Assembly (NCBI GenBank): GCA_045593325.1
Contig: JAZNWL010000067.1
Location: 1,149 to 65,148, forward strand
From: Acutalibacteraceae bacterium
Lineage (GTDB): Bacteria; Bacillota; Clostridia; Oscillospirales; Acutalibacteraceae
Length of the DNA: 64,000 nucleotides
Direction: 5' to 3'
Below the pieces are notes generated by a model. It searched no databases. It was not told the origin of the DNA and worked only from the letters and a program-made list of their open reading frames with translations. The translations under genes and the position numbers were made by a program. Shown in pieces: positions 51,628 through 63,304 of the stretch. Position 1 is the first letter of the stretch. The number at the start of each line of letters is the position of its first letter.

Positions 51628-52023
51628 TTATACACGACGTCTTTTAGGCGGACGGCATCCGTTGTGGGGAATGGGAGTTACGTCTTTAATCATGGTAACT
51701 TCCAAGCCGGCGGCCTGCAGAGCACGGATAGCGGCTTCACGTCCGGAACCGGGCCCTTTAACGAATACTTCAACAAATTTCAAACCATGTTCCATAGCAG
51801 CTTTTGCAGCGGTTTCAGCAGCAGTTTGGGCTGCGAAGGGAGTGGATTTCCGAGAACCACGGAAGCCCATTTCACCGGCAGATGCCCAAGAAATAGCGTT
51901 GCCGTTTACATCAGTGATGGTAACGATGGTGTTGTTGAAGGTGGATTGGATATGGGCGGCGCCGCGTTCAATATTTTTACGGTCGCGGCGACGGGTGGTA
52001 GTTTTTTTACCCTTAGTTGCCAT
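51628..52023 (-). CDS. rpsK: 30S ribosomal protein S11
   Basis: [18 protein letters not shown] and [14 protein letters not shown]. Confidence 0.97.
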   Translation of the reverse strand: MATKGKKTTTRRRDRKNIERGAAHIQSTFNNTIVTITDVNGNAISWASAGEMGFRGSRKSTPFAAQTAAETAAKAAMEHGLKFVEVFVKGPGSGREAAIRALQAAGLEVTMIKDVTPIPHNGCRPPKRRRV

Positions 52024-52040
52024 ATTATTTTACCTCCTGC

Positions 52041-52409
52041 TTACTTCTTCTTGTTTGCTATGGTCTTGCGGGGACCTTTACGAGTACGAGCGTTGGTTTT
52101 AGAACGTTGTCCTCTTACAGGAAGCCCTTTGCGGTGACGAACACCACGATAGCAGCCAATTTCAATAAGCCGTTTGATGTCAAATGCTACATCACGACGC
52201 AAGTCACCTTCAACGGTGAGGTTGTGTTCGATGTATTCACGCAATTTAGAAACATCATCTTCGGTCAAATCCTTAACTCTGGTGTCAGGATTAACACCGG
52301 TTGCAGCAAGAATATCTTTTGCTGTTTTGGGGCCGATACCGTAAATATAGGTAAGGCCGATTTCTACCCGTTTTTCACGAGGCAGGTCTACACCTGAAAT
52401 ACGTGCCAT
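52041..52409 (-). CDS. rpsM: 30S ribosomal protein S13
   Basis: [26 protein letters not shown]. Confidence 0.97.
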   Translation of the reverse strand: MARISGVDLPREKRVEIGLTYIYGIGPKTAKDILAATGVNPDTRVKDLTEDDVSKLREYIEHNLTVEGDLRRDVAFDIKRLIEIGCYRGVRHRKGLPVRGQRSKTNARTRKGPRKTIANKKK

Positions 52410-52442
52410 TTACTATTGCACCTCCAAAATGTGTTGCAAGGA

Positions 52443-52556
52443 TTAACCTTGACGCTGTTTGTGCTTGGGGTTTTCGCAAATTACCATAATGCGTCCCTTG
52501 CGTTTGATGACTTTGCATTTATCGCAAATCTTTTTGACAGAAGGTCTGACTTTCAT
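52443..52556 (-). CDS. rpmJ: 50S ribosomal protein L36 (Cys form); too short for the ORF track
   Basis: Hand translation: [37 protein letters not shown], 37 aa, between infA and rpsM. Confidence 0.93.
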   Translation of the reverse strand: MKVRPSVKKICDKCKVIKRKGRIMVICENPKHKQRQG

Positions 52557-52588
52557 TGTTTTTACCTCCTAGAAATTTTGCCTTTCGG

Positions 52589-52807
52589 CTATTTGGATCG
52601 CCAAGTGATTCTGCCCTTTGTTAAGTCGTATGGCGACATTTCGACTGTAACTTTATCTCCGGGCAAAATGCGGATAAAGTTCATACGCAATTTGCCGGAA
52701 ATGTGGGCGGTAATTACATGACCGTTGGGAAGCTCTACCTTAAATACTGCGTTGGGCATGGCTTCTCGAACGATACCTTCAACTTCGATCATGTCTTGCT
52801 TGGACAT
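52589..52807 (-). CDS. infA: Translation initiation factor IF-1
   Basis: [13 protein letters not shown]...[16 protein letters not shown]. Confidence 0.97.
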   Translation of the reverse strand: MSKQDMIEVEGIVREAMPNAVFKVELPNGHVITAHISGKLRMNFIRILPGDKVTVEMSPYDLTKGRITWRSK

Positions 52808-52820
52808 TAAAAAATCCCCC

Positions 52821-53084
52821 TCACATTACATCATCCTGGGCGACGCCTGAATACTCATTCAGTGCCCGTCGCAATGATCGGTTTGTGGACATTGAGCCGC
52901 TGTCTAATACGGTATTGGTCAGGCCAATGTGTTTCCGATTTTTCTTCTTGGGCCGTTCTAAGGGACGGTCTTTGCCGTTGCACACAAGCAAGGTTTCTCC
53001 TTCGCTTCCCACAACTGCTAAAAACTCGCCTTGATCACGGCCGGCCCGTGAATACACCACGCGACCGATTTGAATTTCCATCAT
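52821..53084 (-). CDS. KOW-domain RNA-binding protein (Clostridial map-infA spacer gene)
   Basis: 87 aa with [20 protein letters not shown] (KOW-like). Its position between map and infA is conserved. Confidence 0.7.
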   Translation of the reverse strand: MMEIQIGRVVYSRAGRDQGEFLAVVGSEGETLLVCNGKDRPLERPKKKNRKHIGLTNTVLDSGSMSTNRSLRRALNEYSGVAQDDVM

Positions 53085-53096
53085 GCCGCTTCCTCC

Positions 53097-53846
53097 TTAC
53101 GGTTTGGTCAGAATGACCGGGCCGTTGGTGGTAATGGCGATGGTGTGTTCAAAATGGGCAGACAGGGCGCCGTCGATAGTTTCTACCGTCCATCCGTCCT
53201 TCAGTGTTTTCACACCGGGTGTACCCATATTAATCATCGGTTCAATGGCTAATGTCATACCGGGAATCAGTCGTACCCCTCTTCCGGCAGTGCCGAAATT
53301 GGGAACCTCAGGTTCTTCGTGGAGTTTTTTTCCCACGCCGTGGCCGACAAACTGCCGGACCACCGAATAGCCTGCTCCCTCCGCATGCTGCTGAACCGCA
53401 GCGGATATATCGCCGATTCTACCGCCGGATACTGCCGCTTCGATACCTTTGTACAAGGCTTCTTTGGTAATATCCATCAGCCGCTGTGCTTCCGGTGCAA
53501 CCGCACCGACTGCAAAAGTGGCGGCATTATCGCCGTGGTAACCGTGAAGGCACGCGCCAAGGTCAATGCTGACAATGTCGCCTTCCTTCAAAATCACCTT
53601 TTTGGAAGGGATACCGTGAATCACCTGATGGTTCACCGATATGCAAGCGGTGGCAGGATAGCCGCTGTATCCCAGGAAACTGGGAATACCGCCGTGTTTC
53701 ACAATAAAATCATGGGCGATTTTATCAATCTCCCAGGTGGAAATCCCGGGGCGAACCGCTTCTCCTGCTATCTGAAGAGCTTGTGCCGATAAAACACAGG
53801 CTTCCTTCATTAAAGAAAGTTCATTGGATGTTTTCAGAACGATCAT
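53097..53846 (-). CDS. map: Methionine aminopeptidase type I
   Basis: Metal ligands lie in a [14 protein letters not shown] context, with HGVG and EPM. 4-nt overlap with adk. Confidence 0.95.
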   Translation of the reverse strand: MIVLKTSNELSLMKEACVLSAQALQIAGEAVRPGISTWEIDKIAHDFIVKHGGIPSFLGYSGYPATACISVNHQVIHGIPSKKVILKEGDIVSIDLGACLHGYHGDNAATFAVGAVAPEAQRLMDITKEALYKGIEAAVSGGRIGDISAAVQQHAEGAGYSVVRQFVGHGVGKKLHEEPEVPNFGTAGRGVRLIPGMTLAIEPMINMGTPGVKTLKDGWTVETIDGALSAHFEHTIAITTNGPVILTKP

Positions 53847-54481
53847 ACCAAATCCTCAACCGCTTTCATCATCAAAGCGGTAGTGTCAGCCAGTTCTTCC
53901 TGACCTTCCACAGTACGGAGCATATTCCGTTCCTGATAGAAGGCGGAAAGCGGCGCGGTTTGTTCATGGTAGATCCGAAGCCGTTCCAAAACGGTTTCGG
54001 GTTTATCGTCTGCCCGTTGTACCAGGGTTTCTCCGCACACATCGCAAACCTCATCCTGTTTGGGAGGGTTATATTGAACGTGATAGGAAGCACCGCAAGT
54101 AAGGCAGGTACGGCGACCTGACATACGGGAAACGATGGTTTCATCCGCTAATTGGATCTCAATGGCGGCGTCAATTTTAACGTCCATTGCTTCCAGGGCT
54201 TTGGCTTGAGGAATGGTACGGGGGAACCCGTCTAAAATAAATCCCTTTGCACAATCGGGCTGAGCCAACCGTTCTTTTACAATTTCCACAACAATATCAT
54301 CTGCCAGCAGTTCACCACGGTCAATCACCGCTTTGGCTTCCAGACCCATGGGGGTTTGGTTTTTGATGGCTTCCCGAATCATGTTCCCGGTGGAAATGGT
54401 GGGGATTTGAAACCGTTCACGCAACATCTCAGCCTGGGTGCCCTTTCCGGCACCCGGAGGACCGATTAGAATAATGTTCAT
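53843..54481 (-). CDS. adk: Adenylate kinase (zinc-lid type)
   Basis: [17 protein letters not shown]. The lid contains C..C....C..C (CLTCGASYH...CDVCG). Confidence 0.96.
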   Translation of the reverse strand: MNIILIGPPGAGKGTQAEMLRERFQIPTISTGNMIREAIKNQTPMGLEAKAVIDRGELLADDIVVEIVKERLAQPDCAKGFILDGFPRTIPQAKALEAMDVKIDAAIEIQLADETIVSRMSGRRTCLTCGASYHVQYNPPKQDEVCDVCGETLVQRADDKPETVLERLRIYHEQTAPLSAFYQERNMLRTVEGQEELADTTALMMKAVEDLV

Positions 54482-54508
54482 AGCCGTTTCCTCCTTATTT
54501 TTGGGTGG

Positions 54509-54535
54509 GGTTGCAGGGAAGACATCCCTGCAACC
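54509..54535 (-). other. Stable intercistronic hairpin between secY and adk
   Basis: Perfect 11-bp stem ggttgcaggga / tccctgcaacc with a 5-nt loop and no T-run. Confidence 0.6.
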
Positions 54536-54557
54536 AATTCCCCGAATGATTCTCAGA

Positions 54558-55862
54558 TTAGTCCAAGAATCCTTTGTAGTAACGCATCATCATTTGAGAT
54601 TCGATGGATTTTACGGTATCCAGGGCTACACCAACCAAGATCAGGATGGAAGTACCGCCCAAGGCAACGTTCATGCCACCGATGGACCCAACGATGTTGG
54701 GGAGAACTGCCATTACACCCAAGAACATGGCGCCCACCAAGGTAATTTTGGAAATAACCTTGCCGATGAAGTCGGAAGTGGGTTGACCGGGACGAATACC
54801 GGGGATAACACCGGAATTTTTCCGCAGGTTGTTTGCCATTTCAACGGGATTGTATTGAATGGTTACGTAGAAATAGGCAAAGAACACGATCAAAACCAGG
54901 TTCAATACAATGTAAATGGGTCCGCCGAATGCGAATAAGTTCAGCACTTTGGCAAAGGTACTTGTGCTGTTACCCATGAATGCCAAGATGGTGCTGGGAA
55001 TGGAAAGAATGGAGCTGGCGAAAATGATGGGCAAAACCCCTGCCATATTCACTTGGATGGGCAAGTGGGTGTTTTGACCGCCGTACATTTTACGACCAAC
55101 AACTTTTTTAGCATATTGTACGGGAATTCTACGTTCAGCCGCAGTCATAAATACAATGAAAGCGATGATGAGAAGGAACAATACGCAAATGATCAGAACC
55201 ATGGGCCATTTGCCAGCCACAGCATTGTAGTACAAAGCAGCGAAGGCGGTGGGACCACGGGAAATGATACCGGCGAACAAGATCATGGAGATACCGTTAC
55301 CGATACCTTTTTCGTCGATTTGTTCACCCAACCACATGATCAAAGCGGAACCTGCGGTGAAGCAGAGAACGATGATCACTGCGGTGAAGATTTGTGCAAA
55401 CACGGGAGCACCGGCACCGTAAGTCAGGTAACCGGAACCGCTGTTGCGCAAATAGAAGTAGTAGGCAACACCTTGGATCAAAGCCAAGATGACGGTTGCA
55501 AAACGAGTATATTTTGCAATTTTCTTTTTGCCTTCTTCCCCTTCTTTGGAAATACGTTCCAAAGCGGGAATGGCTACGGTCAACAACTGCATAATAATGG
55601 AGCTGTTGATGTAGGGGGTAACACCCATGGCAAAAATGGCGCCATATTCCAATGCACCACCGGTGAGGATGGACAAGTAGCTGAACAGGGTAGTACCACC
55701 GTCCGAACCGCTTAAATCCGCACTCAGGCGAGCAGCGTCAATGAAGGGAGCGGGAATGTAAGAACCAATACGGAATATAATGATGACCAGAAGGGTAAAG
55801 AAGATTTTCTTACGAAGATCTGCCAATTTCCAGCCGTTACGAATTGTTTCCAGCAGTTGCAC
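54558..55862 (-). CDS. secY: Preprotein translocase subunit SecY
   Basis: 434 aa, 10 TM segments. N-terminus ..[28 protein letters not shown] start directly after the rplO stop. Confidence 0.96.
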   Translation of the reverse strand: MQLLETIRNGWKLADLRKKIFFTLLVIIIFRIGSYIPAPFIDAARLSADLSGSDGGTTLFSYLSILTGGALEYGAIFAMGVTPYINSSIIMQLLTVAIPALERISKEGEEGKKKIAKYTRFATVILALIQGVAYYFYLRNSGSGYLTYGAGAPVFAQIFTAVIIVLCFTAGSALIMWLGEQIDEKGIGNGISMILFAGIISRGPTAFAALYYNAVAGKWPMVLIICVLFLLIIAFIVFMTAAERRIPVQYAKKVVGRKMYGGQNTHLPIQVNMAGVLPIIFASSILSIPSTILAFMGNSTSTFAKVLNLFAFGGPIYIVLNLVLIVFFAYFYVTIQYNPVEMANNLRKNSGVIPGIRPGQPTSDFIGKVISKITLVGAMFLGVMAVLPNIVGSIGGMNVALGGTSILILVGVALDTVKSIESQMMMRYYKGFLD

Positions 55863-55863
55863 C

Positions 55864-56304
55864 TTACATCACCTCAGCCTTTCCGCCGGCAGCCTCAATT
55901 TTAGCTTTGGCTGACGCAGAGAAGGCAGCGGCCTTAACGGTCAGGTTTTTGCTAATTTCGCCTTGACCCAGAACTTTGATGCCGTCCAAGGGTTTTTTCA
56001 CCAAGCCGGCTTCTTTCAAAGCTTGAGCGTCAACGACTGAGCCGTTTTCGAATTTTTCAAGATCTGCTACATTGATAATGGCATATTTGGTTGCGAAAAT
56101 GTTGTTGAAACCTCTTTTGGGGATACGGCGTTGTAAAGGCATTTGGCCGCCTTCGAATCCGATGCGAACACCGCCGCCGGAACGAGCTTTTTGACCTTTA
56201 TGACCTTTACCTGCAGTTTTACCCTGCCCGGAGGCGGGACCACGACCAATACGCTTGGAAGCTTTATTGGCACCGTAAGAGGGAGAAAGTTCATGCAGTT
56301 TCAT
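55864..56304 (-). CDS. rplO: 50S ribosomal protein L15
   Basis: [32 protein letters not shown]. Confidence 0.97.
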   Translation of the reverse strand: MKLHELSPSYGANKASKRIGRGPASGQGKTAGKGHKGQKARSGGGVRIGFEGGQMPLQRRIPKRGFNNIFATKYAIINVADLEKFENGSVVDAQALKEAGLVKKPLDGIKVLGQGEISKNLTVKAAAFSASAKAKIEAAGGKAEVM

Positions 56305-56321
56305 ACTTGCACCTCCTTAGT

Positions 56322-56519
56322 TTACGCTTCGGTTACCTCGACAAGGTGGCTGATTTTTGCAATCTTGCCTTTTGTCTGGGGGCAATCCGGCTGAACAGCA
56401 ACGTCGCCGATTTTGGAAAGACCCAGGGCCTTTGCATTGGCAATTTGTTTGCTGTTAGAGCCAATCAAGCTCTTTTTCAAAGTAATTTTAAGGCTTGCAG
56501 CCTGAGATTTATTAGCCAT
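56322..56519 (-). CDS. rpmD: 50S ribosomal protein L30
   Basis: LKITLKKSLIGSNSKQIANAKALGL. Confidence 0.95.
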   Translation of the reverse strand: MANKSQAASLKITLKKSLIGSNSKQIANAKALGLSKIGDVAVQPDCPQTKGKIAKISHLVEVTEA

Positions 56520-56532
56520 CTTTGCTGCCTCC

Positions 56533-57036
56533 TTAACCTAAAATTTCCTTAACGGTCTTGCCGCGGGTAGCAGCTACTTGTTCAGCGTCACGCAAAGAAG
56601 CGAGACCTTGAATGGTAGCGCGTACTACGTTGCAAGGGTTGTTGGAACGAAGTGCTTTGGTACGGATATCTTTGATACCAACGGTTTCCAAAACAGCACG
56701 AACGGGGCCGCCGGCGATAACACCGGTACCGGGGGCAGCGGGTTTCAAGAGAACCCGGCCAGCGCCGTAAGCACCAATTACTTCGTGGGGGATGGTGGTG
56801 CCGCGAAGAGCAACTTTCATCAAGTTTTTCTTGGCATCTTCAATCCCTTTGCGGATAGCGTCGGGAACTTCACCGGCTTTACCCAGGCCGAAGCCTACGA
56901 TGCCGTTGCCGTCACCAACAACTACGATGGCGGAGAACTTGAAAATACGACCGCCCTTGACCGTTTTGGATACACGGTTGATAGCAACCACGCGTTCGGT
57001 CAAATCCAAGGTAGATGCGTCAATAATGTTTGCCAT
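56533..57036 (-). CDS. rpsE: 30S ribosomal protein S5
   Basis: [28 protein letters not shown]. Confidence 0.97.
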   Translation of the reverse strand: MANIIDASTLDLTERVVAINRVSKTVKGGRIFKFSAIVVVGDGNGIVGFGLGKAGEVPDAIRKGIEDAKKNLMKVALRGTTIPHEVIGAYGAGRVLLKPAAPGTGVIAGGPVRAVLETVGIKDIRTKALRSNNPCNVVRATIQGLASLRDAEQVAATRGKTVKEILG

Positions 57037-57053
57037 AATGTTCTCCTCCTTAC

Positions 57054-57413
57054 TTAGAATTCAAGGCCACCCTCACGGGCGCCGTCGGCCAGTTCTTGAA
57101 CACGGCCATGATAAATGTTACCGCCACGGTCGAAAACAACTTTGGTAATACCGGCTGCTTTGGCACGTTCGGCAACCAAAGCGCCAACTTTTTTGGCAGC
57201 TTCTTTGTTACCGCCGTACATGCCGAAGTCTTTTTCCAGACTGGAAGCAGCAGCTAAAGTAACACCTTTGGTGTCATCGATCACCTGTGCGCTAATGTTG
57301 GCAAGGGAGCGGAACACACACAAACGGGGACAATCAGCAGTACCGCTGATTTTGCCGCGGACTCTCTTATGACGAATCGCACGTGCTTTTTTAGTGTCGG
57401 GTCTATTAACCAT
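57054..57413 (-). CDS. rplR: 50S ribosomal protein L18
   Basis: [33 protein letters not shown]. Confidence 0.97.
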   Translation of the reverse strand: MVNRPDTKKARAIRHKRVRGKISGTADCPRLCVFRSLANISAQVIDDTKGVTLAAASSLEKDFGMYGGNKEAAKKVGALVAERAKAAGITKVVFDRGGNIYHGRVQELADGAREGGLEF

Positions 57414-57434
57414 AATAGATTTACTCCTTTACCT

Positions 57435-57971
57435 TTATTTACCGGATTTACCCTCTTTGCGACGAACGTATTCGTCAACATAGCGGATACCTTTGCCCTT
57501 ATAGGGTTCGGGGGGTCTCTTTTTACGAACCTCAGCTGCGAACTGACCTACAGCTTGCTTATCAGCACCCGAGATAATGATTTTGTTGGGGTTGGGAACT
57601 TCAATGGAAATACCGTCGATTTCTTCCATAACCACTTGATGGGAGAACCCTAAGTTCATAACCAAGGATTTTCCTTGTTTGGCTACACGGTAGCCAACGC
57701 CGATTACGTCTAACTCTTTGGTGTAGCCCTTGCTAACGCCTTCGATCATGTTGGCGATGAGGGTACGGGTCAGACCGTGCAGGGAGCGGTTTTCTTTTTC
57801 GTCGTTGGGACGGGTAACAACCACTTGGTTCCCTTCGATTGCAACGTCAATGCTGCTAACCACTTCATGTTCCAGGGTGCCTTTAGCGCCTTTCACGATA
57901 ACTTTTTTACCGTCAAGTTTCACTTCAACACCGGCAGGAATTTCAACGGGTTTTTTACCGATTCGTGACAT
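57435..57971 (-). CDS. rplF: 50S ribosomal protein L6
   Basis: Start at the ATG at 57971 ([15 protein letters not shown]) behind GGAGGTG. Confidence 0.97.
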   Translation of the reverse strand: MSRIGKKPVEIPAGVEVKLDGKKVIVKGAKGTLEHEVVSSIDVAIEGNQVVVTRPNDEKENRSLHGLTRTLIANMIEGVSKGYTKELDVIGVGYRVAKQGKSLVMNLGFSHQVVMEEIDGISIEVPNPNKIIISGADKQAVGQFAAEVRKKRPPEPYKGKGIRYVDEYVRRKEGKSGK

Positions 57972-57985
57972 CTCTCTGCACCTCC

Positions 57986-58384
57986 TTACCAAACGAAAGC
58001 CAAAACTTCGCCGCCAACGTTTTCTTTACGGGCGAGTTTGTCAGTCATAACACCTTTAGAGGTGGAGATAATAGCGATACCAAGGCCTTTCATTACCTTG
58101 GGCAGCTCCTCGCAGCTGGCATAGATGCGAAGGCCGGGTTTGCTGACACGACGAAGACCTGTAATGGCAGGGGTCTTGCCAGCGTTGTATTTCAGTGTAA
58201 GACGGATCATACCTTGTTTTCCGTCATCGATAACCTGAAAGCTTTTCACATAACCTTCGTCCACAAGAATTTGAGCAATGGTCTTTTTCATGTTAGACGC
58301 AGGCACATCCACCGAGTCGTGCTTAGCAGAATTCGCATTGCGGATTCTGGTGAGCATATCGGCTATAGTATCGGTGATTTGCAT
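57986..58384 (-). CDS. rpsH: 30S ribosomal protein S8
   Basis: [19 protein letters not shown]. Confidence 0.97.
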   Translation of the reverse strand: MQITDTIADMLTRIRNANSAKHDSVDVPASNMKKTIAQILVDEGYVKSFQVIDDGKQGMIRLTLKYNAGKTPAITGLRRVSKPGLRIYASCEELPKVMKGLGIAIISTSKGVMTDKLARKENVGGEVLAFVW

Positions 58385-58430
58385 ACCGGTTTTCCTCCTT
58401 TAATCTTGCAATAATAATTGGTAGGGCAGC

Positions 58431-58616
58431 TTACCAGCTTGCCTTCTTGACGCCGGGAATCTGGCCTTTGTAAGCCAATTCACGGAAGCAGATACGGCAG
58501 ATACCGTATTTGCGAAGATAGGCATGAGGACGGCCACAGATTTTGCATCTGTTGTACGCTCTGGTTGAAAACTTGGCAGGTCTGGCTTGACTTACCTTTT
58601 TAGATGTTTTTGCCAT
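58431..58616 (-). CDS. rpsN: 30S ribosomal protein S14 type Z (zinc form, 61 aa)
   Basis: [23 protein letters not shown]. Confidence 0.96.
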   Translation of the reverse strand: MAKTSKKVSQARPAKFSTRAYNRCKICGRPHAYLRKYGICRICFRELAYKGQIPGVKKASW

Positions 58617-58631
58617 TTATCTTCCCTCCCC

Positions 58632-59171
58632 TTATTTCGCAAACGGAGCACCGAGCAATGTCAGCAGCTCACGGGCTTCTTCGTCGGTATTAGCAGTGGT
58701 GACAAAGCAGATATCCATACCACGAATCTTGTCGATTTTGTCGTAGCTGATTTCCGGGAAGATCAGTTGTTCTTTCAGACCCATGGAGTAGTTACCACGG
58801 CCGTCGAAAGAGTTGGCATTGATCCCACGGAAGTCACGTACACGAGGAAGTGCGATATTGAACAAACGGTCAATGAATTCGTACATTCTCTCGCCACGCA
58901 AGGTAACTTTTGCACCAATGTTCATGCCTTCACGCAACTTAAAGTTAGCAACGGATTTACGGGCTTTACAAACCACGGCTTTTTGACCGGTGATTTGAGC
59001 AAGGTCAGAAAGAATAGCGTCAATTACTTTGGCGTTATCTCTGGCTTCGCCGGCGCCAACGTTGATTACAACTTTGTCAAGTTTCGGAATTTGCATAACA
59101 CTCTTATAACCAAATTTGGTCATCAGAGCAGGAGCGACGTCTTTTTTGTAAGTTTCTTGTAATCTTGTCAT
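58632..59171 (-). CDS. rplE: 50S ribosomal protein L5
   Basis: [30 protein letters not shown]. Confidence 0.97.
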   Translation of the reverse strand: MTRLQETYKKDVAPALMTKFGYKSVMQIPKLDKVVINVGAGEARDNAKVIDAILSDLAQITGQKAVVCKARKSVANFKLREGMNIGAKVTLRGERMYEFIDRLFNIALPRVRDFRGINANSFDGRGNYSMGLKEQLIFPEISYDKIDKIRGMDICFVTTANTDEEARELLTLLGAPFAK

Positions 59172-59190
59172 TTCAATACGCCCTCCTCAA

Positions 59191-59508
59191 TTAAAAGATT
59201 TCCTTGCATTTTGCGCACATACGGTCTTTTTTACCATCTTCGTAGAACTTGGTAGCAATACGAGTGGGTTTACCGCATTTGGGGCAAACGCAAACAACTT
59301 TGCAAGCATGCATGGCAGCTTCGGCTTTTACCAAACCGGCAGGTGCACCGGGTTTACGAGCTTTCAGATGCTTGGTAGCAATGTTACGGCCTTCAACAAT
59401 TACTTTACCTTCGGTAGGACTTACTTCCAAAACCTTACCGGTTTTGCCGGCGTCTTTACCGCTGAGGATCATAACTGTATCACCGGTTTTAATATGCATT
59501 TTTTTCAT
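59191..59508 (-). CDS. rplX: 50S ribosomal protein L24 (variant with a CxxC...CxxC pattern)
   Basis: N-terminal KOW segment IKTGDTVMILSGKDAGKTGKV. The C-terminal part contains CPKCGKPTRIATKFYEDGKKDRMCAKC. ATG at 59508, 8 nt after GGGAGG. Confidence 0.95.
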   Translation of the reverse strand: MKKMHIKTGDTVMILSGKDAGKTGKVLEVSPTEGKVIVEGRNIATKHLKARKPGAPAGLVKAEAAMHACKVVCVCPKCGKPTRIATKFYEDGKKDRMCAKCKEIF

Positions 59509-59522
59509 GTCAAGTACCTCCC

Positions 59523-59891
59523 TTAAAGCACTTCGGGAGCCAAGGACAAGATTTTGAGATAATCCTTGTCACGGAGCTCACGGGCCACCGGTCCAAAAAT
59601 ACGGGTGCCTCTCGGGTTTTTGTCTTCACGGATAATAACGGCTGCATTTTCATCAAAACGGATATAGGTACCGTCTGCACGATGAACGCCCTTTGCGGTA
59701 CGAACGACAACGGCTTTTACAACGTCGCCCTTTTTAACCATACCACCGGGTGCTGCCTTTTTAACACTGGCAACTACTACGTCGCCGATATTGGCGTACC
59801 TCCGGCCGGAACCGCCCAGAACACGGATACACATCAGTTCCTTTGCTCCGGTGTTGTCGGCTACTTTGAGGTAACTCTGTTGTTGAATCAC
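59523..59891 (-). CDS. rplN: 50S ribosomal protein L14
   Basis: [27 protein letters not shown]. Confidence 0.97.
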   Translation of the reverse strand: MIQQQSYLKVADNTGAKELMCIRVLGGSGRRYANIGDVVVASVKKAAPGGMVKKGDVVKAVVVRTAKGVHRADGTYIRFDENAAVIIREDKNPRGTRIFGPVARELRDKDYLKILSLAPEVL

Positions 59892-59905
59892 AGTGGTTTC
59901 CTCCT

Positions 59906-60163
59906 TTACTTGGCCTTTTCGATGATTTCAACCAAACGCCATCTCTTGTCTTTGGAAAGAGGACGGGTTTCCATAATCATTACACGGTCGCCGATATTGC
60001 AGGCATTTTCTTCGTCATGAGCTTTAAACTTTACAGTACGTTTTACGATTTTGTTGTAAAGCGGATGTTTTACATTGTCTTGCACGGCAACAACGATGGT
60101 TTTATCCATTTTATTGCTGGCAACAATGCCAGTACGGGTTTTACGCAAATTTCTTTCGCTCAT
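59906..60163 (-). CDS. rpsQ: 30S ribosomal protein S17
   Basis: [19 protein letters not shown]. The second ATG (60163) has the better SD spacing. Confidence 0.96.
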   Translation of the reverse strand: MSERNLRKTRTGIVASNKMDKTIVVAVQDNVKHPLYNKIVKRTVKFKAHDEENACNIGDRVMIMETRPLSKDKRWRLVEIIEKAK

Positions 60164-60165
60164 CA

Positions 60166-60378
60166 TTATACCTCCGTTCCATTGGCGGCCTTGATTTCAT
60201 TTTCCCGCAAAATGGTTTTTACACGGGCAATGTCTTTCTTTACAGCCTTAATGCGCATGGGGTTTTCCAACTGATTGATTGCAAGTTGGAAACGCAACTG
60301 GAAGAGTTCCTGTTTCAGGGAAGCCAGTTCGTTATTCAATTCATTAACGCTTTTTTCTCTATAATCATTTGCTCTCAC
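60166..60378 (-). CDS. rpmC: 50S ribosomal protein L29
   Basis: [28 protein letters not shown]. Confidence 0.96.
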   Translation of the reverse strand: MRANDYREKSVNELNNELASLKQELFQLRFQLAINQLENPMRIKAVKKDIARVKTILRENEIKAANGTEV

Positions 60379-60380
60379 AG

Positions 60381-60800
60381 TTACTCACCACCATTCTCTT
60401 TTTTAATGAATTTGCATTTGATCGGAAGTTTGTTGGCAGCCAGACGCATAGCTTCACGAGCTTGAGTTTCGTCGATGCCACCGATTTCAAACATTACACG
60501 ACCGGGCTTAACCACAGCCACCCAGTATTCCGGAGAACCTTTACCGGAACCCATGCGGGTTTCAGCGGGTTTTTCGGTAATGGGCTTATCGGGAAAAATT
60601 TTGATCCACACTTGACCGGCACGTTTGGTGTAACGGGTCATAGCGATACGGGCTGCTTCGATTTGGTTAGAGGTGATCCATGCGGGCTCGGTTGCTTGTA
60701 AACCGAAATCACCGTAAGTTACGGTGTTACCGCGCATTGCTTTACCTTTTAAACGACCGCGATGAACTCTGCGGTATTTCACACGTTTAGGCAATAACAT
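60381..60800 (-). CDS. rplP: 50S ribosomal protein L16
   Basis: [19 protein letters not shown]. Confidence 0.97.
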   Translation of the reverse strand: MLLPKRVKYRRVHRGRLKGKAMRGNTVTYGDFGLQATEPAWITSNQIEAARIAMTRYTKRAGQVWIKIFPDKPITEKPAETRMGSGKGSPEYWVAVVKPGRVMFEIGGIDETQAREAMRLAANKLPIKCKFIKKENGGE

Positions 60801-61468
60801 TAGCGAGCCCCTCCTTCCTTTTTAGCGGGACGGCGGTTGTCACGAAGAACTTCGCCGTTATACAGCCAAACCTTAACACCGATTCGGCCATAAGTGGTTT
60901 TTGCTTCTGCAAAACCGTAGTCGATGTCGGCACGCAAAGTTTGAAGAGGAATGGTGCCTTCATGATAGCTTTCGGTACGGGCGATTTCAGCACCGCCAAC
61001 ACGACCGGAGATTTGAATTTTGATACCTTTAGCGCCGAATTTCATGGCACGGCCAATAGCCATTTTCATGGCACGACGGAAAGAAGCACGTTTTTCCAAT
61101 TGGAGAGCAACACCGGCTGCTACCAATTGAGCATTCAAATCGGGGTTTTTGATTTCTACGATGTTGATGATAACCGGACGGCCTAACATCTTTTCGCAGG
61201 TAGCTTTGAGCTTGTCGATTTCTGCACCGCCGCGGCCGATTACGATACCGGGTTTAGCGCAGTGGATAAAAATGCGAACACGAGAAGCGTCACGTTCGAT
61301 TTCAACCTTGGGAACACCAGCGGGTTCAAGGAGCTTCAAGAGGTAGTTACGAAGCTTATAGTCCTCGACCAGGGTATCGCCAAAGACACTGTCTTTCACG
61401 AACCAGCGGGAATCCCAGTTTTTAATAACGCCCACACGAAGACCGTGGGGATTTACTTTCTGTCCCAT
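60800..61468 (-). CDS. rpsC: 30S ribosomal protein S3
   Basis: [23 protein letters not shown]. Confidence 0.97.
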   Translation of the reverse strand: MGQKVNPHGLRVGVIKNWDSRWFVKDSVFGDTLVEDYKLRNYLLKLLEPAGVPKVEIERDASRVRIFIHCAKPGIVIGRGGAEIDKLKATCEKMLGRPVIINIVEIKNPDLNAQLVAAGVALQLEKRASFRRAMKMAIGRAMKFGAKGIKIQISGRVGGAEIARTESYHEGTIPLQTLRADIDYGFAEAKTTYGRIGVKVWLYNGEVLRDNRRPAKKEGGAR

Positions 61469-61488
61469 TCTAATTACCTCCTCCTTGA

Positions 61489-61824
61489 TTATTCAGCTTC
61501 TGCGAGAACCAAAGTAATGTGAGAGGTTCTCTTCAGAATGCGGTAAGCACGACCTTGTGCTCGGGGACGGAACCGTTTCAAAGTGGGGCCGGCAGTAACA
61601 AAACACTGAGAAACCACCAGGTTTTTACCGTCCATGTTGAAGTTGTTTTCGGCATTAGCGATTGCCGATTTCAGCAGTTTTTCAAGGCATTCACACGCAG
61701 CTTTGGGGGTGTGGCGGAGAATCGCCATGGCCTTGTCAACCGGCTGATTACGAATCAAGTCCAGTACGATCTGCACTTTACGAGGCGAGATGCGAATATA
61801 TTTCGCAGTTGCCTTTGCTTCCAT
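61489..61824 (-). CDS. rplV: 50S ribosomal protein L22
   Basis: Start at the ATG at 61824 ([17 protein letters not shown]), 8 nt after AAGGAGAG. Confidence 0.96.
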   Translation of the reverse strand: MEAKATAKYIRISPRKVQIVLDLIRNQPVDKAMAILRHTPKAACECLEKLLKSAIANAENNFNMDGKNLVVSQCFVTAGPTLKRFRPRAQGRAYRILKRTSHITLVLAEAE

Positions 61825-61844
61825 AGTCAATACTCTCCTTTCGC

Positions 61845-62126
61845 CTATTTACCGTTGTTGGTGGTCTTAGAACCTGCGTGACCGCGGAAGGTTCTGGTGG
61901 GAGCGAATTCACCCAATTTGTGACCAACCATATCTTCGGTTACATATACCGGAACATGCTTACGACCGTCGTGCACCGCAAAGGTGTGGCCTACGAAGTC
62001 CGGGAAAATGGTGGAAGAACGGCTCCAAGTTTTGAGAACACGTTTTTCACCGGCAGCGTTCATTTCAAGAACTCTTTTCATGAGAACCGGTTGAACAAAA
62101 GGTCCTTTTTTAGTACTTCTACTCAT
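61845..62126 (-). CDS. rpsS: 30S ribosomal protein S19
   Basis: [11 protein letters not shown] and [29 protein letters not shown]. Confidence 0.97.
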   Translation of the reverse strand: MSRSTKKGPFVQPVLMKRVLEMNAAGEKRVLKTWSRSSTIFPDFVGHTFAVHDGRKHVPVYVTEDMVGHKLGEFAPTRTFRGHAGSKTTNNGK

Positions 62127-62147
62127 GATAATAACTCCTTTCGTCCA

Positions 62148-62984
62148 CTACTTCGTGTTACGACGCTTAACAATAAGCTTATCGGAACTCTTGTGTTGTT
62201 TACGAGTTTTGTAACCCAGGGCAGGTTTACCCCAAGGAGGTACAGAGCCGGAACGACCAATGGGGGATTTCCCTTCACCATTATCGTGGGGGTGATCGCA
62301 GGGGTTCATTACAGAACCGCGAACGGTGGGTCTCCAACCCATGTGACGTTTTTTACCGGCTTTACCAATGTTCACGTTGCTGTGGTCAATGTTGCCAACC
62401 TGGCCAACAGTTGCCATGCAGTTTACGGGAACGTAGCGCATTTCACCGGAGGGAAGACGAATCAAAGCGTATTTGTTGCCTTCTTTACCCATCAGCTGAG
62501 CCATGCAACCGCCGGCACGAGCTAATTGAGCGCCTTTACCGGGATACAATTCAACGTTGTGAATGAAAGTACCGGTAGGAATTGCGTACAAAGGTAATGC
62601 GTTACCGGGAACGATATCAGCGCCTTCGCCGCTAACGATGGTGTCGCCAACTTTCAGGCCTTGGGGGGCGATGATGTAGCGTTTTTCGCCATCTTCGTAT
62701 TGCAACAAAGCAATGTTAGCGGTACGGTTGGGATCGTACTCAATGGTCAATACCTTTGCGGGGATTTGGTTCTTGTCACGTTTGAAGTCGATCAAACGAT
62801 ACTTTCTGCGATTGCCGCCGCCACGATGACGAACGGTGATGCGGCCATAAGAGTTACGGCCGGAATTTTTCTTTAAGGACACCAACAAACTACGTTCGGG
62901 AGCAACCTTGGAAAGTTCGGAATAATCCACAACCGACATGCCACGACGACCGGGGGTTGTCGGTTTATAATGCTTAATAGCCAT
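62148..62984 (-). CDS. rplB: 50S ribosomal protein L2
   Basis: [18 protein letters not shown] and [15 protein letters not shown]. Confidence 0.97.
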   Translation of the reverse strand: MAIKHYKPTTPGRRGMSVVDYSELSKVAPERSLLVSLKKNSGRNSYGRITVRHRGGGNRRKYRLIDFKRDKNQIPAKVLTIEYDPNRTANIALLQYEDGEKRYIIAPQGLKVGDTIVSGEGADIVPGNALPLYAIPTGTFIHNVELYPGKGAQLARAGGCMAQLMGKEGNKYALIRLPSGEMRYVPVNCMATVGQVGNIDHSNVNIGKAGKKRHMGWRPTVRGSVMNPCDHPHDNGEGKSPIGRSGSVPPWGKPALGYKTRKQHKSSDKLIVKRRNTK

Positions 62985-63004
62985 TTCTCTTCACTCTCCT
63001 TCTC

Positions 63005-63304
63005 TTACATCATGCCCTCGAAGAATTCGATGTTCTTAGAGTCAGCAGTCAAGGTAACAACAGCCTTTTTCCAGGAGGCTTTGTAGCCTTCGAAACGACC
63101 GTAGCGACGTTGTTGGCCGCGTACGTTTACGGTGTTAACCTTTTTCACTTCTACTTTGAACAATTCTTCGACCGCTTTCGCGATTTCGATTTTGTTTGCA
63201 TCTTTAGCAACCTTAAAGGTGTACTTTTTCAAATCTCTTGCGCCGGCCATGCTTTTTTCGGTAATAACCGGAGCGAGGATGATTTCCTGAGCAGCTTTAC
63301 TCAT
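63005..63304 (-). CDS. rplW: 50S ribosomal protein L23
   Basis: ILAPVITEKSMA..KYTFKV....NKIEIAKAVEELF. Confidence 0.96.
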   Translation of the reverse strand: MSKAAQEIILAPVITEKSMAGARDLKKYTFKVAKDANKIEIAKAVEELFKVEVKKVNTVNVRGQQRRYGRFEGYKASWKKAVVTLTADSKNIEFFEGMM

